Source of the DNA: Octopus bimaculoides
Lineage: Eukaryota
Assembly (NCBI RefSeq): GCF_001194135.2
Contig: NC_068984.1
Span: 100,672,040 to 100,709,791 of the forward strand
Length of the DNA stretch: 37,752 bases
Direction: 5' to 3'
The translations under genes were made by a program, and so were the position numbers. Positions 12,189 to 24,085 of the stretch are shown in pieces; position 1 is the first letter of the stretch, and every line of letters starts with the position of its first letter. The notes under the pieces were generated by a model that searched no databases, had not been told where the DNA came from, and saw only the letters and a list, made by a program, of their open reading frames with translations.

Positions 12189-12303
12189 AATATCACAATC
12201 AAATTATGAGCGACATTTTTGAGTATCGGATACTCTGGAATATAAAATTAGAATTTTATTTTCTACGCCATTACAAACACATAACAGCTCGACAAATATA
12301 AAT

Positions 12304-12465
12304 GACGCAAGGCAGTGTGATTAAGAAACTTGCATTGCAACTGCGTGGTTTCGAGTTCAGTCTCACTTATTTGCACCTTGAGTAAGAGTCTTCTACTATA
12401 GCCCCAGTCCGATTGTGAATGAATATGGAAACTGATGGAAGCCCTTTGTGTATATATATATATAT
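12304..12465 (+). mobile_element. SINE family A, 5' half, diverged
   Basis: GTGTGATTAAGAAACTTGC..GAGTTCAGTCTCAC..GCACCTTGAGTAAGAGTCTTCTACTATAGCC. Confidence 0.8.
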
Positions 12466-12812
12466 CTTTTACTTGTTTCAGTCATTGGACTGTGGGCATG
12501 CTGGGGCACTGCCTTGAATTTTTAGTTGACTGAATCGACTCCAGTACTTCTTTTTTTAAGCCGGTACTTACCCTCTCGATCTCTTTTGCCGAGCCGCTAG
12601 GCTACGGGGCACAAGCGGTGGTGGGGGACAAACACAGACACAAACACACACACGCGCACACATATGTATATGCGACGAGCTTCTTTTAGTTTCAGTCTAC
12701 CAAATCCACTCACAAGACTTTGGTCGGCTCGAGGCTATAGTAAAATATAATTGCCCAAAGTACCGCACAGTGGGACTAAACCCGGAACTATATGGACGGG
12801 AAGCAAGCTTCT
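12466..12812 (-). mobile_element. SINE family A, near full length
   Basis: The reverse complement contains the head, CORE-like segment, internal (TG/TA) tract and the 3' end CCAGCATGCCC..CAATGACTGAAACAAGTAAAAG. Confidence 0.9.
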
Positions 12813-13129
12813 TTATTTCATCAAGATTGGCCATAAAGGCCTCATACAGAAAAAGGGAAGCTGCAGGCTGGACATAGACATAATGTTATGTGAATGAAAA
12901 AATGAAGATTAATGAATAAATGGGGGGAACAAGCAGCGCCCACCGACTGTCTGATCCCCGAAAACATTGTTCTCTTATATATGAGGCAACAAGCCTCTTA
13001 CACTGTTCGTAATTTTTCATTGATACAAAAAAGAGGCATTACGCCTCTTACTTATTTAAACAAAATGAGGTTTCAAACTCCTCCTCAATTCATAACATTG
13101 AGGCTTTTCATCTTTTTATCCATATTCCT

Positions 13130-13780
13130 CCTCAGCGTCGCTTGTGACCACATCTTCCGCCATCGCCCACGCTTCACTTAAGCACAATGCGGGTGACGTG
13201 TCGGCGTCACCCAGCCACAAGCAATATTCCTCATTAAGCCCCTTCAACCTATGCAACATGGACAACGTTATGACCTCCATAGCTATCTGCAGAGGCCATT
13301 CGGAGTCACGTGTGCAGGTCAAAGTTGCTCACTTCTGGTGCTTTTCCAACACCTCCTCCACTTCTCCGCCTCTGTAGAAGAAGACCAATAATTCCTCTTC
13401 CTCCGAGGACGAGGTAGCCACTTCCGCTGTCGGCAGCACAAATTTCCACCGATGGTGGCTCCTCCCCCGCCGGTGGCACGACTCCCACCGACGAGGTTCC
13501 GGGACATTCCGGTACTATGTCACCGACTGCCAGCAATGTCCCGTTTCTCTTCCTCTTCCTTTTTTTACATCTTAGCTGAGGGAGGGTGCGTCTCCTCCGT
13601 GGCCGGGAGATTCACCTCTCCTCCCTCATCCCTGGGATCCTTCGGTGAGCAACCATTGTTGCTCACCTTCTTCCTCTTGCGGCCCTTCTTGGTATTCCAA
13701 CTCCGGAACGCCACAACTTGGAACACAGCTTTCACAAAAATTGGTAAAAAGAAGTTGTAGTATCTTCTAAATTTTCGCAA
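13130..13780 (-). mobile_element. Probable ORF1/5' region of an L1/Tx1-like LINE (degenerate)
   Basis: GC/CpG-rich island against an AT-rich background, with broken basic/acidic low-complexity reading frames (KKGRKRKK, EEEEK). It lies next to 5'-UTR-like tandem monomers and near an L1 ORF2. No diagnostic motif, so tentative. Confidence 0.35.
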
Positions 13781-13808
13781 TTTTTGAAATAAAAACTATC
13801 TACTAAAT

Positions 13809-13975
13809 GTGAACAAATTTTGGACGCGAAATACGCCTCAACAATTCTCACAATTAAGTGAGGAAAAGAACTATTCACTTAACGGGAACAAATGTTTCGA
13901 AGCGGGATACGCTCCCAGACACAAATTTCACAATTAAGTGAAAAAAACTTTTTATTCAAAGTGAACAAATTCTTC
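13809..13975. repeat. About 76-80-bp tandem repeat (at least 2 units, cut by a gap)
   Basis: GAACAAAT at 13811/13886/13963, ATACGC at 13831/13907, CACAATTAAGTGA at 13849/13929. Confidence 0.85.
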
Positions 13976-14656
13976 CCAACTGCAGNNNNNNNNNNNNNNN
14001 NNNNNNNNNNNNNNNNNNNNNNNNNNNNNNNNNNNNNNNNNNNNNNNNNNNNNNNNNNNNNNNNNNNNNNNNNNNNNNNNNNNNNNNNNNNNNNNNNNNN
14101 NNNNNNNNNNNNNNNNNNNNNNNNNNNNNNNNNNNNNNNNNNNNNNNNNNNNNNNNNNNNNNNNNNNNNNNNNNNNNNNNNNNNNNNNNNNNNNNNNNNN
14201 NNNNNNNNNNNNNNNNNNNNNNNNNNNNNNNNNNNNNNNNNNNNNNNNNNNNNNNNNNNNNNNNNNNNNNNNNNNNNNNNNNNNNNNNNNNNNNNNNNNN
14301 NNNNNNNNNNNNNNNNNNNNNNNNNNNNNNNNNNNNNNNNNNNNNNNNNNNNNNNNNNNNNNNNNNNNNNNNNNNNNNNNNNNNNNNNNNNNNNNNNNNN
14401 NNNNNNNNNNNNNNNNNNNNNNNNNNNNNNNNNNNNNNNNNNNNNNNNNNNNNNNNNNNNNNNNNNNNNNNNNNNNNNNNNNNNNNNNNNNNNNNNNNNN
14501 NNNNNNNNNNNNNNNNNNNNNNNNNNNNNNNNNNNNNNNNNNNNNNNNNNNNNNNNNNNNNNNNNNNNNNNNNNNNNNNNNNNNNNNNNNNNNNNNNNNN
14601 NNNNNNNNNNNNNNNNNNNNNNNNNNNNNNNNNNNNNNNNNNNNNNNNNNNNNNNN

Positions 14657-15560
14657 GCTACTACGCAGAAAAAAACAAGCCTTCCTTTCCCTGTTAAGGA
14701 AAGGAGGTGGCACAATCTCGATGATAGACTCAGCTGATAGCTGTACTCTTCCTATCACTGACAACAGTTGTTCGGCAAAAGCTATCAGTCCCGATAACTC
14801 CGGACACTCCACGAATGCATGCAAGACGGTTTCCCTATCCGGCTCACATCGCGGGCATGTCGGCGAGACAGCACTTCCGTGCTTTGACAGCTTATCACGG
14901 ACAGGTAACGCCGCACGGAAACACTGCCAGGCCAGAGATTTCTGATAATTATTCAGACACCTCGGCCCGAACGTTCTCCTGAACAGGTTGACCAACTGAT
15001 TTTCATCTCCCCAAGGCGTCTTCGGACATAAATTCCATTAACTTGCTATAGAAATCTGCGGTGGAACTCTTGTTGCCGGCATTGCCCGCACGAGAGAGTA
15101 GCTGGAGTGCCTGATGACGCTCCAAATGCCATTCCCCCAGTTCAGGTCTCCTCTTAATCTATGCTCTAATGTCCGTTAAGGACGTTAACTGAGGAAGGTA
15201 AAACCGAAGTGCGGTGACCACACCTGCTCTCTGTCAAGGTAAAGTCAGAGATGTTTCAACCTTAATGCGAGTTTCCGCATCCTCAGACAAGGCATCCCTA
15301 ACTCACCCTTTAGCCGCTTCTGGCAGCAGGCACAGCGCTTCACAAGTGATTTCCATCCCTTCCACAAAAAGCGGAAGGGGATTCTTTCCAACTTGTTCAG
15401 CCACAAATCGGGGCAAGGCACCACGGTCAGACGGTATGTGATAACAGATGTTATAAACATCTGCACCACCTCCGTGTTCCCTAGCAAGGATAACGCCCGC
15501 CCAGACCAAGTCTGGGTTAGAGCAGTCACCCTGCTGGCTACCTCACTCCAATTCTTCTCG
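14657..15560 (-). mobile_element. L1/Tx1-clade LINE, 3' part of ORF2 (post-RT region and zf-RVT)
   Basis: QTWSGRALSLLG..YRLTVVPCP..FRFLWKG..GELGMP and LAWQCFRAALPVRDKL..CPRCEPDRETVLHAFVECP (CCHC). Frameshifted and 5'-truncated near 15560. Confidence 0.9.
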
Positions 15561-16196
15561 TTATTGAATTTTTCAACCTAGGAACTTCTTTAATCCATGT
15601 TTTTTTTAATTTATAAAACAAACACACCTCTCTATTAATTGTCAATTAATCTCTTCTGGACATGCATTATTCCTTTCTGCGCTGAAGATTTTTTTTCGTT
15701 ATCGTATAATACGCTACATATATATTCTACTGTTCAATTTATACAATCCTAAACCGCCCAACCGTTAGCGAATACGACACTATTTATATTTTGAAAATAA
15801 GTTAGCCAATCAAAGTGAAATGCTTATTGGTCAAATTGGATTGTATCAAATCATATATTACATGTACCATTACAATTTTATTCCAGTCTTGATCACAACT
15901 ATCCGACAAACACTCTGAGTAACAGTTTTCTGTGATGTTTTTGCATCTTTTATAAAAAAGTATATTACTTTACCTTCTATATTCTAGTACTATTTTTCCA
16001 CCTTGTTTTGCATTTATGTGCTTACTCGTATACATACATACATGCATACATTTACATATATATANNNNNNNNNNNNNNNNNNNNNNNNNNNNNNNNNNNN
16101 NNNNNNNNNNNNNNNNNNNNNNNNNNNNNNNNNNNNNNNNNNNNNNNNNNNNNNNNNNNNNNNNNNNNNNNNNNNNNNNNNNNNNNNNNNNNNNNN

Positions 16197-16228
<32 letters not shown>

Positions 16229-17854
16229 TCAGAAGTCAAATACGTATAGTAAGAAACAAACGAACATAAAGACATACTAAATGCACTGAATGCACAGACG
16301 CACAAACGAACGGAGAACAAGCACAAGTTACAAATTCTTCATCACTTATCGGCCAGGGTGTCGAGCGCAATTTCATGCAATTATCGATAATGTCGCATCC
16401 ATCCTAGAGGCAACCAGCAAGAGAACTTGCTGTGGAAGCGACCAAAACATAACAGGACGGACAGCAGGGAGGAATGTGGGACAAAAAAAAAACGAAATAA
16501 ATAAGCGGAATATGGCTTTAGGGCCAGGCGAAGACAACAAAAAATAATAATACATATAAGATACAAATGGAATAATAATGCATACACAAAAAGCTGTGGG
16601 CTAGCAGACAAACAAGCATGGAGTAACGCACAAGAGAAGAAAAACTGTCCTACAGGATTAAAACAAATACAAGAGAAAGAAAGAGCGAGAAGCTCAGAGA
16701 AGTATGAACGATCAGATCGAGAGCAACACGAAAAAGAATGACACCGCCATAGATCGTGAGCGGGAGGAAGAGTCAGAGGGGCTAGAGAACAGCAGAGAGG
16801 GAATGAGTGAGAGAAAGAGAGAAAGACAGAGAATAAAAGGAAGATGAAAGAGAGACAAAAGAAAGGAAAGAGACTGACTAGAGTTGCACAAAAATATTCT
16901 AAGAATATTTCTACGAATGAGTCAAAAATAAGGAATGCTTTACATTACGTGAGTATTTTCAAAGATGTATATATATATATACAATTAAACCTTGGGAGAG
17001 GTATTATGCCGGTAATAAACACACGCACTGGTTCAGTCCTTTATTAATTTATATAGTTTTTTTTGTTAAATTATTTCATTGCACTCTTGCAATCTCTTCA
17101 GTAACTTGTCTCTCCACTTCAATGTATTTATTAATTGTATTTCTTTCAACACACGTATCCACATCAAGAATCTTGCACACGAAGTACACATACGAAATAT
17201 ATATATATACATATATAATTATATTACAATTAATAAGAGAAATGACCACTAAAGTGGATTCCTATANNNNNNNNNNNNNNNNNNNNNNNNNNNNNNNNNN
17301 NNNNNNNNNNNNNNNNNNNNNNNNNNNNNNNNNNNNNNNNNNNNNNNNNNNNNNNNNNNNNNNNNNNNNNNNNNNNNNNNNNNNNNNNNNNNNNNNNNNN
17401 NNNNNNNNNNNNNNNNNNNNNNNNNNNNNNNNNNNNNNNNNNNNNNNNNNNNNNNNNNNNNNNNNNNNNNNNNNNNNNNNNNNNNNNNNNNNNNNNNNNN
17501 NNNNNNNNNNNNNNNNNNNNNNNNNNNNNNNNNNNNNNNNNNNNNNNNNNNNNNNNNNNNNNNNNNNNNNNNNNNNNNNNNNNNNNNNNNNNNNNNNNNN
17601 NNNNNNNNNNNNNNNNNNNNNNNNNNNNNNNNNNNNNNNNNNNNNNNNNNNNNNNNNNNNNNNNNNNNNNNNNNNNNNNNNNNNNNNNNNNNNNNNNNNN
17701 NNNNNNNNNNNNNNNNNNNNNNNGTCTGTCTCTGCCTCTCTTTTTATTCATGTGAGGTCTTGGTAGCAGGTAGCAGGTAGTAATATTTGATATGAGTTCT
17801 TGGTTTTGATTGTTTAAGCAGCAGTAGTAGATGAGAAAGGAAGCGGAGAAGATG

Positions 17855-17895
17855 AAGAAGAAGAAGAAGAAGAAGAAGAAGAAGAAGAAGAAGAA
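17855..17895. repeat. (GAA)n microsatellite
   Basis: Directly visible. Confidence 0.95.
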
Positions 17896-18034
17896 TGCGG
17901 GAGTGGTATGACAGTAGTAGGATGTTGGTGGAATCCTCTAAAATGGTCAAGTGACCTAAAAGTGACCCGTTGTGGTTGTAATAGTAGTGATTGGAATTGT
18001 TCTGAATATATCGTTTTTAATATTTGCGTGGGTA

Positions 18035-18422
18035 TTATTCTAAGGCCCTTGTAATAGTGTCATTTACGGTGGATGCATTCAAAAGGGGTTTATATTTTGG
18101 GATAAAATACGACTCTTTACTAATGCGCTGACTACAGGTTGTATCGTCCCTGAATTCATAGAGGAGAAAAATTCTGAAGCTGGGTTGTTTGTTATTGGCG
18201 CTAATGTCGATGTGTTCGTTGAATGCTATTTTTCTGTATTCCCGAATTTTGATCTGGGATCTATGTAGAACCATCCTTTGACGTATACTGCTTTTGGTTT
18301 GGCCTATATATTGCTCTCGACATCCAGAACAAGTTAATACGTATATTAGGTTCTCCGAAGCACATGTGAACTTGTTTTTCACTGTAAAACGTAGACCCTG
18401 TTTGAAAGAGAACTCCGAAGCC
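18035..18422 (-). mobile_element. Penelope-like element, GIY-YIG endonuclease domain
   Basis: FTCASENLIYVLTCSGCREQYIGQTKSSIRQRMVLHRSQI..EH..KESYFIPKYKPLLN: the IY-x-C-x2-C-x3-YIGQT pattern with conserved R, H, E and terminal LN. The upstream part is lost in a gap. Confidence 0.92.
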
Positions 18423-18579
18423 TCAATATAAAAATATATATGTGTGTGTGNNNNNNNNNNNNNNNNNNNNNNNNNNNNNNNNNNNNNNNNNNNNNNNNNN
18501 NNNNNNNNNNNNNNNNNNNNNNNNNNNNNNNNNNNNNNNNNNNNNNNNNNNNNNNNNNGTGTGTGTGTAGATAGATAGA

Positions 18580-18626
18580 TACTTTACCCTTTTATTTGTT
18601 TCAGTCATTTGACTGCGGCCATGCTG
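18580..18626 (-). mobile_element. SINE family A, 3' tip
   Basis: TTGTTTCAGTCATTTGACTGCGGCCATGCTGG. Confidence 0.7.

Positions 18627-18700
<74 letters not shown>
18627..18700. repeat. (GATA)n microsatellite
   Basis: Directly visible. Confidence 0.97.
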
Positions 18701-18701
<1 letters not shown>

Positions 18702-19060
18702 CTCCGTGTCTCACACTACTTTCTAAGTCCCTCATACTTTCGGCTCTTCCATTCCTATGCCCACTTAATATTGCCTTCCCAGAGCAGCATCAACTCAGCA
18801 ACCAATACTTTTTATGAAGTCAGATGCTTACTATAAATTCAAGGCATTGTCTCACAATATGGCTTTCGAACGTCAATGCTTCCTTCAAATCCACCTGCAT
18901 TCAGAAGATTGGGTGTCAGCTTTCATTTGTTTACGTCACAGCGTTGACCTTTCAGGCACTTCTTGTAGAAAGACAACAGGGTGTAATTTGGTGTTGATTC
19001 AGATTGCACTGACGTTACTGCATTGTTAGTTTAGTGCATCAGTACTTGGTTATGCCATTA
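18701..19060 (-). mobile_element. Degenerate HERO/R2-superfamily RLE LINE fragment
   Basis: One minus frame with stops reads WHNQVL...NLLNAGGFEGSIDV...KVLVAELMLLWEGNIKWA*EWKSRKYEGLRK*CE, fitting RHNQVL...ELTVPWEENIEEAHERK..KY..L...C. Confidence 0.55.
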
Positions 19061-19460
19061 TTGAATCCATATTATGGTTCCTTGCATATAGCTGAATTGA
19101 TGCCAGCAATCGTCGGTGGTTGTGAACTAAAGTTAGGAATAGGAATAGAATTGATTAGATAGGTTACCAAAATCAATAATGCAGTGTCACAGAAAGATCG
19201 ATACATTTGGATGAAGGTCTCACATCAGATGACCATGCACATATCCAACAGTTGCAAACGCACTCTCTTTCAAACTTGCTAGATATCGTGATTGTTTACT
19301 TGGATGCGTGCGTGAAACCATGGTATGGGTTTATTTATATACTCGCCTTCAAATGCAGACATACATGCTCACATTATGCCCATGGAGGTATGAATTATTG
19401 AATGTATGAATCAATGTATATAAGTATGTATGTATGTATGTATGTATGTATGTATGTATG

Positions 19461-19784
19461 TGTTATGACGTGAGTATACACGTCTGGTTAAAATGGTATT
19501 ACACAAATAAATAGTTGGCTGTGGTTATCTAAAAATAACCTATCGCAGAAAATACATGTTAAGACAGAAAGCACTCTGTTCTACTCGAACGTAGGTACGA
19601 TACTCAGTATTCACTGTTCAACTACCGACTGTTAAACCAACACGGGTTGAACTAACACGGTAAACCAATACGGTCGAACTAACACCGTCAACTACCCCAC
19701 CTAACACTTCACTCAGTTCTTATTTATTGTAATCGGTTAGTCCACCTTCAGTCACATGGGGGTGTTCAGGATTCTCCCATAACA
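19461..19784. mobile_element. Probable solo LTR (324 bp)
   Basis: Begins TGTTATG and ends CATAACA (7-bp terminal inverted repeat, TG..CA). AATAAA occurs on both strands. Unique sequence splitting a (TATG)n tract, with GTATG on both sides. Confidence 0.6.
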
Positions 19785-19804
19785 GTATGTATGTATGTAT
19801 GTAT

Positions 19805-21120
19805 GTCATTATTCAGTTTATTTCAAGATTTCTTGCCAATAGAGAAAGAACCGGTTTCTAACCTAGAATTTGAATTTCAACATTAACAACAGAGTATGTA
19901 TGTATGTATGTATGTATGTATGTATGCATGCATGCATGTATATATGTATGCATGTGTGTGTGTATGTATGTATGTATGTATGTATGTATGTATGTATGTA
20001 TGTATGTGCAGATTTGTATGTTTTATGTATGTATTCTCATGCATATAGCTACATATCCGGACATGCTCATTTATATTCAAATAATAAACTTCTGGAAAGT
20101 TTTACAGATTTTTACAGTTCCAGTGATGAATTGGATCTGTAGTCTTTGAATTAGCTATCTCCTTTCTGGTTTTGAGAAGCCTAATTTCTCAAGATTGGTA
20201 TTTAGGTAGTGTGTTACATATCACAGGGCTCCAATAATTACAGGTTTGAACCTGAACTTGTAATCTGGATAGAGTAACTGCAGATTTCTCAATAGCTAAG
20301 CATAGATGTTCTCTTTTTCACTGATCTCCAGCTTTATGTTAACGTCCGCTGGGCGACTAATTTCCACAACTATACACAGTTTCTCTTCTCTATCCCAAAT
20401 TATTATATCAGGTCTGTTGTGCTTACATTTTATTGAGGTCTTCACCAGTATTCCTTTTCATTATGAGTGACTATGGTTTCTACCATATTGTGGGTATTTA
20501 TTTCTTTGTTCTCGGGATTATCCTTCCGACGGATTTCATTATAGAGTGTCCTAGCTACAACGTCATGTCTCATCGGTAGATAATACCGGGATAACATTTT
20601 CGGACAACTGCTTATGATGTTGGTGATATCTTCAGTGTGAATTCCACAAAGTCTGCATCGGTTGAGACATTTTACGGCTTTTCCGGCATCTCTATCCCTT
20701 TTGTGCATCAGGTACTTGGTTGAAATTTCCTGTTCCTGGATTGCAAACGCTTACCCTTCAAAGTGCAAGGTAGTAATCCGGCTATTTGTCCATGATAGAC
20801 TGCTTTGAGGATCGAAGTTACTTTCATCACGGAGCTTTCTACTAACATGTTCATGCATAGTCTTCTGCTCATATAGGTTCATCCTTTCATCTGATGATAT
20901 GTTGCGGTAGAGTCGTGCGACTTCTTTGGGCATGTATTCTAGGTTGTCAGACAAAGAGTGTTGCTCAAGGAGCTGCCTTCCAAGTCTTGTAATGTTATCA
21001 GCCTCATGTATGCAAACTTGGACAAGGGATGCACTTCGACGCTTGGTTGCTAAAAGATATTGCCGAATGGATATGATGTGACATTCAATTGAATTTTGGG
21101 TCGATGCTAAGCATCTGTCG
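19805..21120 (-). mobile_element. R4/Dong-like non-LTR retrotransposon, 5'-truncated, with 3' UTR
   Basis: SLSWTNSRITTLHFEG / QEQEISTKYL / CRLCGIHTEDITNIISSCPK..YLPMRHDVVA (degenerate CCHC) / KHNRPDIIIWD..VEISRPADVN..KE / PVIIGA...FQKFII. The 3' UTR ends GAAATAAACTGAATAATGAC(ATAC)n. Confidence 0.9.
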
Positions 21121-21215
21121 CATGTATGTATGCATGTATATGTACATGTATGTATGTATTCATGTAGACAAGTAGATAGAGATATATAGACAGACAGACA
21201 GACAGACTGATAGGT

Positions 21216-21305
21216 AAACCCTCGTGTTTTACACGACTTTCTAATCCCCTCATAATTTAGGCCGTTCCAATCCTATGCCCACTTTATATTGCCTTCTCAG
21301 AGCAG
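21216..21305 (-). mobile_element. Short second copy of the HERO-like RLE fragment
   Basis: Aligns by eye to 18701-18790 (CCTATGCCCACTT.ATATTGCCTTC.CAGAGCAG); reads LL*EGNIKWA*DWNGLNYEGIRKSCKTRGF. Confidence 0.6.
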
Positions 21306-21514
21306 TATGTATGTATGTATGTATGTATGTATGTATGTATGTATGTATGTATGTATGTATGATTTATTTTCCTTTTTTAATGATTTGAATTTTTATAAAG
21401 TTACTCGTTTCTAACAAAGGAAACTAGCTCTATCAACAACAGTAAATTATAAGTTAAACTTTAGAAAACCCTCATCTACTTCCCTGAGTTTTGCTTGCAA
21501 AATGTCTCTCTGTG

Positions 21515-21634
<120 letters not shown>

Positions 21635-21834
21635 TGCGTGCGTGTTAGCTGTTCCTTTTAGGTTTTTTTAGCCGTCTACCCGCTAACTTTTGAGATTGCT
21701 AATTAGACATCTATTAGCATAAGCAAGTACACCAATAATTATAGCTATAAACGTGAGTCTTTAATCTATGTGGAAATGCTATAAGTTTCCAAGCAGATAT
21801 CCATAAATATTCTCCTTCTAAATGATTTTGAAAA

Positions 21835-23045
21835 TATTCATATCTGCCGGGTAGCTTGACGTCTTTTCTGTCTCAAACAACTGTGTCAGGTCTTTTATAT
21901 TTGTACTTGGAGAAAGTTTTGAGGGAACGTTCTATTAATATTCGTTGCGTTGAAACGTATGTATGTATTCAAGAACCACATCCAAGGGCAATCATTCCTG
22001 CTGATGGCATTGTATATCACTTTATCAACTGCACGGCACCAATGCCGTATTGGAAGGGAATATCTTAACGACAGTTTAGGGAAGTTGCTAATCGCATATC
22101 TAATATCTTCCACAGAACATATGACGTAATCAAGACGCTATTTCGATAGCTTCTTGATGCTTTAAAGGATTCCTGTCTCTTTTGTTCATTAGGTATTCTG
22201 CAGCTATCTCTCGTTTTTGTATAGCACAGTGGTTCTTAACCGGGGTCTATATGGCCATAGGGAGTCCATATAAGATTTTGTTGTTAAAATGTATGTGCAA
22301 TAATTTGTTTATTACTTCTACAATACACCAAATATCTTAACTTTTTTTTATACAATTCCTAATATTTAATTATAAAGATACAGTAGGATTGTTTTTAAAT
22401 ATCAAATGGCTATGGAGGTCAGTCCGAGTAAAATAGGAATCAAAGGGGTCATAGGTAAAAATTGGATGAGAAACGCTGGTATAGAAGAATGTGACATAAT
22501 GTGGCGATCACGAATCGAAGAGAAGTTAAATTTCTCGTTAGGGTTAAGTTAGCATAATCCTCAGATTTATGGAAATATATCACTCCATAAATATTGTAGT
22601 GGGGAAGAAGGTGTGCAAGGTGTTTTTCTCTCTTTTTGTTTTCATATACAGGGTGCTTTTTTTCTTTTCTTTTTTCTTCATTTTCCCTTTTTTTTTTTTT
22701 TTCGAGGTACGCTAATTCTGGGGTTGCGCGGGAGGTCATCATGAACTGTATGATTCTTGCGATCTTCATTTCCGACCCGAACAATATCATTCAGTTCCCT
22801 TTCACCACTTGGTTGATGTATTTAGCTTCGCTGCCGTTATGTGGCAGATATTTTCCGAGCAATACCATACTGTACTCAAATGGTGTCTCTCTGCTCTGCT
22901 TCTCTTCCACTTCTTTTTTTGTGATGGAGCTTGTCGATATCTCTATTTCTGCGGAAGCTTCCATTCGATGTCAGGATCTTACTGTTTTAACATCTTGAGA
23001 GTAGATTTCATCTAGAGACAAAATATCTTGAATGATGATACCAGT
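21835..23045 (-). mobile_element. Old R4/Dong-like element, C-terminal half (interrupted by a hAT MITE)
   Basis: Collinear motifs across frameshifts: DVKT.KILTSNGSFRRNRDIDKL, DIVRVGNE, IRDRHIMSH | AIQKREIAAEYLMNKRDR, PKLSLRYSLPIRH, KRPDTVV*DRK. Confidence 0.75.
22227..22478. mobile_element. hAT-superfamily MITE (Charlie-like TIRs)
   Basis: TIRs CAGTGGTTCTTAACC / GGATGAGAAACGCTG (degenerate). 8-bp TSD GTATAGCA (22219-22226) / GTATAGAA (22479-22486). Confidence 0.8.
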
Positions 23046-23089
23046 ATTACAGTATTGATACTTTAAAAACAGTGTGAAAAATAAATTTC

Positions 23090-23440
23090 ACTTAGCGATG
23101 AAATACAATATCCCACAATATCTAATATATTTTCCAAAATTTGCTATATTATTACTCGCTTGCTTTATCTTTGTTCGCAGCACCTTTGTATGATAGACTT
23201 TCATTAATGTCTGGGTATTTGATAGTATTCGTTGAGTGAAGCAGGAGAGAGAGAGAGGAAGGATATGGAGGGAGAGAGAAAACATTAATGTAGAGGTTGA
23301 TGTTGAAAAATAATGCTTCTGTTACAACAATCAAATATGACTCTTTCTTTTGAACAAATTCCAACCCTATGTCAACTAAAAAATTAGTTAAGATTAACTG
23401 CTTCTCAGCATTGTAATTCACAACCTGTATTAAGGAGGAA
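23090..23440 (-). mobile_element. Penelope-like RT N-terminal remnant (very degenerate)
   Basis: A DKA-SNNIA-like motif preceded by YPDINESLSY. Confidence 0.4.
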
Positions 23441-23449
23441 ATGTAGCCA

Positions 23450-24085
23450 TGGTCGTAGATTATTTTAAAATCGATTTGTGATTTTATAGTTAAGTCTAAA
23501 ATATAGGGTTAGACTAGGGGAATTTCAAAATTGGTGGAATAAAATAATAAGTGTGTCGTTGAGATATACTAGAAGGATGCACAGCTTGATAGGAAGCAAA
23601 TCAGTTTTAAGTAAGCCTGAAGTTAAGTTGTTAGTTAGTTTAGTTAGAGAGTTAAGTTAAGTTAGAGAGTTGCATGATACATTATAGTACCTACAGATAA
23701 AACGTCAGAGAATTTTGTTATTATTTGTAAAAAATATTATGTGAAAGCATTTGGTTATGAGTTAGGAGTAGATAGTGACTATGGCTTTAGAGGTAATAGT
23801 ACATATTGTATAGTATGAGATAAGGCTGCCAAGGTAATAAGGAAATCAGTTCCTGAAGTGGAAAAGTTGAGTGGTTCCAAAGTGGAAAAGAAAGATATGG
23901 TTATCCCAACATCTTTTTGATTCCTAAATTACACAAGGCACCATATAAAAGTATGTTTATTGCAGGTACTAGGAAATGTACAATCAATCAGCTATCTTTA
24001 TCGCTCAATGAAGCTTTAAATGTGGCTAGGCAGTACTTTATGAAGTACTGCGAACGAATCTTCAGCAATATATATTGCCCACAAA
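23450..24085 (+). mobile_element. Penelope-like element, RT N-terminal fragment
   Basis: IIVPTDKTSENFVIICKKYYV..ELG..GNSTY and IPKLHKAPYKSMFIAGTRKCTINQLS..YCERIF, characteristic PLE RT motifs (DK..N, IPK.HK, R.I.A). Confidence 0.8.

Noticed and set aside
13809-13975. CRISPR-like repeat-spacer pattern
   Set aside because: Whole units are homologous (no unique spacers), the context is eukaryotic, and there are no cas genes.
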